From a virus: 64,000 nucleotides of DNA. Shown here in pieces: positions 59,981-64,000 of this stretch; position 1 is the first letter of the stretch, and each line of letters begins with the position of its first letter. The stretch is taken from the IMG/VR virus record IMGVR_UViG_3300045988_143923; one strand, written 5' to 3'. The position numbers and the translations under genes are program-made. The notes below the pieces were generated by a model. It was not told where the DNA came from, did not search any database, and worked only from the letters and a program-made list of their open reading frames with translations.

Positions 59981-61474
59981 ATGATTGACTACAATCCGCT
60001 GCTGTGCTTGGACTTCTACAAGACCTGCCACGCCGAACAGTATCCGAAGGGACTGACCCGTATGGTCAGCTATTATACGCCGCGAATGTCTCGTCTGGCA
60101 GACACAGATAAGGTAACGATGTTCGGCTTGCAAGCGTTCATCAAGGAATACCTGATTGACGGCTTTAACAAATATTTTTTCGAGCGAGATTTCGAAAAGG
60201 AAATCCTCCCGGAGTACAAGCGTGTGCTTGGCGCAACAATCGGAACTTCCGGCGTGGGCAAAGAGCGGCTGCTGAAGCTGCATAATCTCGGCTTTCTGCC
60301 TCTGATAATCAAGGCAGTTCCGGAAGGAACACGGACTAACATTCATGTGCCGCAGATCGAGATTACCAATACGTTGCCATCTTTTGTCTGGTTGGTAAAC
60401 AGCATTGAAACCATGCTGTCCTGCACAATGTGGCACACGCAGGTTTCTGCGGAGGTTGGCTATCGGTATCGCCAGATCGTCAACAAGTACGCAGACCTGA
60501 CCTGCGACGACGATGTTGACCGCGCCCGACTTCTCGGTGATTTCTCGATGAGAGGACAGGAGAGCGTCGAGAGCGCAACAAAGAGCTCGGCAGCGTTTCT
60601 GTTGAGTTTTCTCAATACAGCGACTGTCCCGGCTATTCTTTGGTTGGAACGAAATTATAACTGCAGCTGCGATCAGGAACCGGTTGGATATGGTGGTATT
60701 TCGACCGAACACAGCGTAATGTGCTCCAATGCCGCAGTTGACGGTGATGAGATTACACATCTGCGCCGACTGCTCACCGAGATTTATCCGCATAGCAGTT
60801 TCTCCGTTGTGTCTGACAGCTACGACTATTGGAATTTAGTTGATAAGCTGTTGCCGCAGCTCAAGAACGAAATCCTTGAACACAATGGAACTCTTTCTAT
60901 TCGCGGTGACAGCGGTGATCCGGTCGAGGTTGTCACCCAGACAGTATTTCATCTCTGGAATATTTTTGGCGGCACGAGAAACAGCAAGGGATTCAAAGTT
61001 CTGAATCCGCATATCAAGGCGCTGTACGGAGACAGCATTACGCCGCAGCGTTGCGAAAAGATTTACTCAATCCTGAAAGAGAATGGGTTCGCAATTAACA
61101 ACGTGGCTTTGGGTGTCGGCTCCTTCTCCATGGAATGTCTGGAGACGATTGACGAAAATGGAAATGTCCAGTATAACCCGTATACGAGAGACACGTTCGG
61201 CATCGCGGTCAAGGCAACCTACGCAGAGGATGAGAACGGGCCGATTATGATTTTCAAAAATCCAAAGACGGACACCGGCCATTTTAAGAAGTCCCAGCGC
61301 GGATGCTGTATCGTGCGGGAGAACGACGGCGAGTATTCTTACGAGGACGGACACACCTTTAAGGAAACATACGACCTTGATAATGAGATGGCACCTGTAT
61401 TCATCCACGGTAATATGGTCAATGAATACACGCTGGCAGAGGTGCGCGACAGATTGCACGGAGGTAAATTCTAA
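59981..61474 (+). CDS. NAMPT-family phosphoribosyltransferase (NadV/Namat-like)
   Basis: 497 aa; N-terminal NPLLCLDFYKTCHAEQYP (compare N..L.TDSYK..H..QYP), ...RGDSGDP..., ...GVGSF... Confidence 0.75.
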   Translation: MIDYNPLLCLDFYKTCHAEQYPKGLTRMVSYYTPRMSRLADTDKVTMFGLQAFIKEYLIDGFNKYFFERDFEKEILPEYKRVLGATIGTSGVGKERLLKLHNLGFLPLIIKAVPEGTRTNIHVPQIEITNTLPSFVWLVNSIETMLSCTMWHTQVSAEVGYRYRQIVNKYADLTCDDDVDRARLLGDFSMRGQESVESATKSSAAFLLSFLNTATVPAILWLERNYNCSCDQEPVGYGGISTEHSVMCSNAAVDGDEITHLRRLLTEIYPHSSFSVVSDSYDYWNLVDKLLPQLKNEILEHNGTLSIRGDSGDPVEVVTQTVFHLWNIFGGTRNSKGFKVLNPHIKALYGDSITPQRCEKIYSILKENGFAINNVALGVGSFSMECLETIDENGNVQYNPYTRDTFGIAVKATYAEDENGPIMIFKNPKTDTGHFKKSQRGCCIVRENDGEYSYEDGHTFKETYDLDNEMAPVFIHGNMVNEYTLAEVRDRLHGGKF

Positions 61475-62226
61475 TGGGAAACGCAAAGACACTGAAAAAT
61501 CATATTGTCCAGTGGATTATGAACTACTTCGAAGATAACGGCAAAGACTGTTACGCCGTTGTTGGCATCTCTGGAGGGAAGGACAGCAGCGTTGTTGCCG
61601 CTCTCTGCGCTGAGGCACTCGGCAAAGACCGTGTTGTCGGCGTGCTGATGCCGAATGACAAACAGTCAGACATCGAAGATTCGTACCGGTTGGTTGAGGC
61701 TCTCGGAATCAAAAGTGTCGAAATCAATGTCGGCGACGCTTATTCTATGATGCTCAGCGAAGGTTCGCACGAACTACCTATCAGCAAGCAGGCGGAGGTA
61801 AATCTGGCACCCAGACTTCGAATGGCGGCTCTGTACATGGTAGCGCAGTCTTTAGAGCACGGCGGCCGCGTAGCTAACACCTGCAATTATTCCGAAGACT
61901 ACGTTGGTTACTCCACCAAGTACGGTGACAGCGCCGGTGATTTCAGTCCACTGTCCGGCTTGCTTGTCAGCGATGTCGTAGCGGTCGGTCACGAGCTGCC
62001 GATCCCTGCCGATCTGGTGGACAAGACTCCATCTGACGGACTTTGCGGAAAGTCTGACGAGTCAAATCTCGGTTTTACTTACGCTCAGTTGGAGAAGCAT
62101 ATCGTAGATGGCAGCTGTGGTGATCGAGAGATCGACAAGAAGATTTGCAATCTGCATTATAAGAACCTTCACAAGATTACGCCCATGCCGTATTTCAAAA
62201 AGCAGTTGCCCCTGGAAGGCTTCTAA
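61474..62226 (+). CDS. nadE: NH3-dependent NAD+ synthetase
   Basis: 250 aa; PP-loop GISGGKDSSVVAAL; ...GTxNxSE-like NTCNYSEDYVGYSTKYGD. Confidence 0.8.
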   Translation: MGNAKTLKNHIVQWIMNYFEDNGKDCYAVVGISGGKDSSVVAALCAEALGKDRVVGVLMPNDKQSDIEDSYRLVEALGIKSVEINVGDAYSMMLSEGSHELPISKQAEVNLAPRLRMAALYMVAQSLEHGGRVANTCNYSEDYVGYSTKYGDSAGDFSPLSGLLVSDVVAVGHELPIPADLVDKTPSDGLCGKSDESNLGFTYAQLEKHIVDGSCGDREIDKKICNLHYKNLHKITPMPYFKKQLPLEGF

Positions 62227-62264
62227 GCTACAGGTTTGCGGTCAACCTTAAACCGCACTTTTAC

Positions 62265-62335
62265 GGGTGAGTGGTGAACAGGAAACACCGGAGAGTAATA
62301 TCATCGAAAAGCAGGTTCGAATCCTGCCTCACCCG
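62265..62335 (+). ncRNA. tRNA-like element with degenerate anticodon arm
   Basis: Acceptor GGGTGAG/CTCACCC, D arm GTG-AACAGGAAA-CAC, T arm GCAGG-TTCGAAT-CCTGC; the 17 nt in the anticodon-arm position (GGAGAGTAATATCATCG) do not pair; no CCA. Confidence 0.4.
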
Positions 62336-62437
62336 AATCGCACCGCAGATCAACAAGGCTTGCAAGCACCTGCGGTGAACAGTCCGTGCCTGCGAGGTGT
62401 CGTCGGACTATAATTCAGAAAAAACGCCTCGCTACAT

Positions 62438-62505
62438 TCCTCGGGACAGGTTTCGGCCGTAATTCGCGATATCGGCCTCGAGTTCGAATCTCGACCGGGG
62501 AGCCA
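62438..62505 (+). ncRNA. 68-nt tRNA-like element without a recognisable D arm
   Basis: Acceptor TCCTCGG/CCGGGGA, T arm TCGAG-TTCGAAT-CTCGA, G73, CCA; middle is GGCCG...CGGCC with a 13-nt loop. Confidence 0.4.
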
Positions 62506-62508
62506 CAT

Positions 62509-62598
62509 GGCACAGTAAGCCTAAAGGTAAGGCAGTAGTCTTGAAAACTACCAGTAACCCGTAAGGGTGTGAGATTTCGAAATTCTCCTGTGCCGCCA
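62509..62598 (+). tRNA. tRNA-Ser (TGA)
   Basis: Class II; acceptor GGCACAG/CTGTGCC, anticodon arm GTAGT-CTTGAAA-ACTAC, variable helix ACCC/GGGT, G73, CCA; T stem has a T-T closing pair. Confidence 0.8.
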
Positions 62599-62706
62599 TC
62601 GTGTTGGTGCAACGCACGCCTCACCGGCACAAATGTACTTAGAGCGGTGTTCTCTCATGTCACGTCCGTTAAGCGTGACAACTATTGTCGAAAAGAGGTG
62701 ATTCTT

Positions 62707-63132
62707 TTGTACGACGTATTGACAATCTCAGATTACATTATCAGGCGTTGCTCTAACGAGGGGTACACTGTCAGTAATCTGAAGCTACAGAAACTGCTGT
62801 ACTTCGTTCAAGCCGAGTTCCTTGTCGTTACTGGGAAGCCATGCTTTCGAGAGAAGATTGTCGCTTGGGATTTTGGACCCGTAATTCCTGAAGTATATCA
62901 CGAGTTTTGCATATTTGGTTCCGCTCATATTCCGGTAGGTGTAGCTTCAGCGCCGGGTTTGTCTAAAGAAACGGCAGAACTTATCGACGGTATCGTCTTT
63001 ACATGTCTGCCATTCAGCTCGTCACAGCTTGTCGAAATCACTCAGCATCAAAACCCGTGGATCTGTGCTTATGCAAAGGGCTACGGCACAGAGATTACGA
63101 ATGAGTCCATCCTCAACTTTTTCGCGGAATAA
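62707..63132 (+). CDS. DUF4065 (Panacea/SocA-like) antitoxin-domain protein
   Basis: ~141 aa from TTG 62707; ...NLKLQKLLYFVQAEFLV.TGKP.F.EKIVAWDFGPVIPEVYHEF... is the DUF4065 core pattern. Confidence 0.6.
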   Translation: MYDVLTISDYIIRRCSNEGYTVSNLKLQKLLYFVQAEFLVVTGKPCFREKIVAWDFGPVIPEVYHEFCIFGSAHIPVGVASAPGLSKETAELIDGIVFTCLPFSSSQLVEITQHQNPWICAYAKGYGTEITNESILNFFAE

Positions 63133-63135
63133 TAT

Positions 63136-63203
63136 CTCCCTCCATGTACGGCGAGCGCAATCCGCGGCACGATGCTCGGCCGGTTCGATTCCGGCGAGGG
63201 AGA
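63136..63203 (+). ncRNA. 68-nt tRNA-like element with compressed D/anticodon region
   Basis: Acceptor CTCCCTC/GAGGGAG, T arm GCCGG-TTCGATT-CCGGC; only 36 nt between them and no clean cloverleaf; no CCA. Confidence 0.35.
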
Positions 63204-63857
63204 ATCGGCTGACCTTTCCTGTCGATTCAGAAAAGAGGAGTGGCACAACCTTGCCGGTATTTTGGTTAAACCGTGGTTAGGGCGACAAGCCCAAATAATC
63301 CTCTGTGCTGCTCGCACAAGACATCACCTTAAGCGTTCAAGGAGATGGAGAAGAGCAAGCATTAAAGTGTCTAAGATTGAAAACGGGAGCGTTTATAGGG
63401 AACGGGAGTTGAACGCCTTCTGTTCCCGAGTTACTGGTTGCAAAGTGTCGGGCACGCCAGCAAAATGAGCATCGTCTGCAAGCGATACCCCTCGCAAACA
63501 GGTGATTAGACGGACGCACACGGCGGATTCCGCGCTCGACCAGAAAACGGCCGCACAGCGGTGTGATTGGTTGAGAACAAGCCCGCAAATTGGGGGAGAG
63601 TTTAGATGTCCGAGGGTTTGCTCAGATCTTCGGATGTCAAACTCGCATTAAGTTATATTGCGACAGTTGCCGGAATAGACCGGTGGCTTAAACTTTATGG
63701 CAAAAAAGAGAGGCGGTGATTTTAGTGGGAGTAAAGCAGAACGTAAAGCATTTCTTTAAGGGGCTGTACGAGGCAAATCTCGCGGCTCAAAAGGAAGTCC
63801 GTGGATTTAGCTATTTTGACATTCGATAAACATCGCCCGCGTTTCGCGGGCCTATAT
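63204..63857 (+). ncRNA. ~650-nt ORF-free, helix-dense RNA candidate (ROOL/GOLLD-like context)
   Basis: No convincing ORF; long-range and pseudoknot-type pairings (GCGTTCAA...GGGAAC...TTGAACGC...GTTCCC; AGAGGA/TCCTCT; GAGTTT/AAACTC; CACAC/GTGTG) plus many local hairpins; flanked by tRNA and tRNA-like genes. Confidence 0.45.
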
Positions 63858-63935
63858 GCTGGCATGGCGCAATTGGTAGCGCATCTGAGTTGTAATCAGA
63901 GGGTTTTCTCGGTTCGATTCCGAGTGCCAGCTCCA
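63858..63935 (+). tRNA. tRNA-Thr (TGT)
   Basis: Acceptor GCTGGCA/TGCCAGC, anticodon arm TCTGA-GTTGTAA-TCAGA, T arm CTCGG-TTCGATT-CCGAG, CCA. Confidence 0.85.
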
Positions 63936-63963
63936 TAATAAAACCATTGTTTGAGGTGAAATT

Positions 63964-64000
63964 ATGATCGGCGCAATTATCGGTGATATTGTCGGCTCAC
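63964..64000 (+). CDS. 5' end of a gene; N-terminus resembles ADP-ribosylglycohydrolase family (truncated by window)
   Basis: GAGGTGA RBS; MIGAIIGDIVGS... resembles the common ARH N-terminus; only 12 codons visible. Confidence 0.35.
   Translation, partial: MIGAIIGDIVGS

Noticed and set aside
59429-60793. 454-aa minus-strand ORF
   Set aside because: It is antisense to the NAMPT-like and Prs-like genes, which have clear family motifs.
63785-63810. RNase P RNA (AGGAAGTCCGTGG resembles the P4/CR-I GAGGAAAGUCCGG)
   Set aside because: The match lies only ~50 nt before the next tRNA, so there is no room for the ~300 nt that must follow CR-I. No CR-V partner was seen.
63136-63857. tmRNA (tRNA-like end plus long structured RNA)
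   Set aside because: There is no GGGG...ACCA acceptor pairing across the region, no tag ORF ending in a typical ...AA stop, and the T-arm element is at the 5' rather than the 3' end.

Overview
This 64-kb window is part of a tailed dsDNA phage, possibly a phage-plasmid, of a Firmicutes-type host (GGAGG-type RBSs, RepA_N initiator). All calls come from reading the sequence and ORF track by eye; nothing was searched or computed, and hand-folded RNA coordinates are +/- a few nt.

Layout:
- 1-19.8 kb, minus strand: late and structural module. It holds an HU-like protein, a metallophosphoesterase, a small-terminase candidate, a large terminase split by a ~255-nt intron-like insert, portal, protease/scaffold, decoration protein, major capsid, head-tail genes and a tail tube-like protein. 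A 981-aa YonO/RdRP-like single-subunit RNA polymerase sits upstream of it.
- 19.8-22.4 kb: a ~2.6-kb largely non-coding hub. It contains iterons, a RepA_N-like gene with an in-frame TAG, short repeats, a polypurine/G-tract, a strong sigma70-type promoter with palindromic operators, and a ~600-nt GC-rich structured leader.
- 22.4-64 kb, plus strand: early and accessory module of about 75 mostly small genes. Recognisable products include RHH regulators, Bro-N proteins, a MazF-like toxin, RepA_N with internal iterons, a tyrosine recombinase, a sigma factor, a 3D-domain hydrolase, P-loop kinases, an IscB nuclease with upstream omega-RNA-like leader, a pentapeptide protein, HNH, Lar, SPFH, and a DUF2828/vWA protein. 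An NAD+ island encodes PncA-like, Prs-like, NAMPT-like and NadE proteins plus a truncated ADP-ribosylglycohydrolase-like start.
- Four tRNA arrays hold 11 canonical-looking tRNAs and 7 aberrant tRNA-like elements. One of the tRNAs is a class-II amber suppressor with anticodon CUA.

Most interesting leads:
- The suppressor tRNA paired with the TAG-interrupted gene.
- tRNA-like genes carrying 40-55-nt insertions.
- A ~650-nt ORF-free structured RNA flanked by tRNAs (ROOL/GOLLD-like context).
- A non-canonical promoter class GCGTCC-N17-TATAGT, found five times.
- The extended NAD+ reconstitution island.
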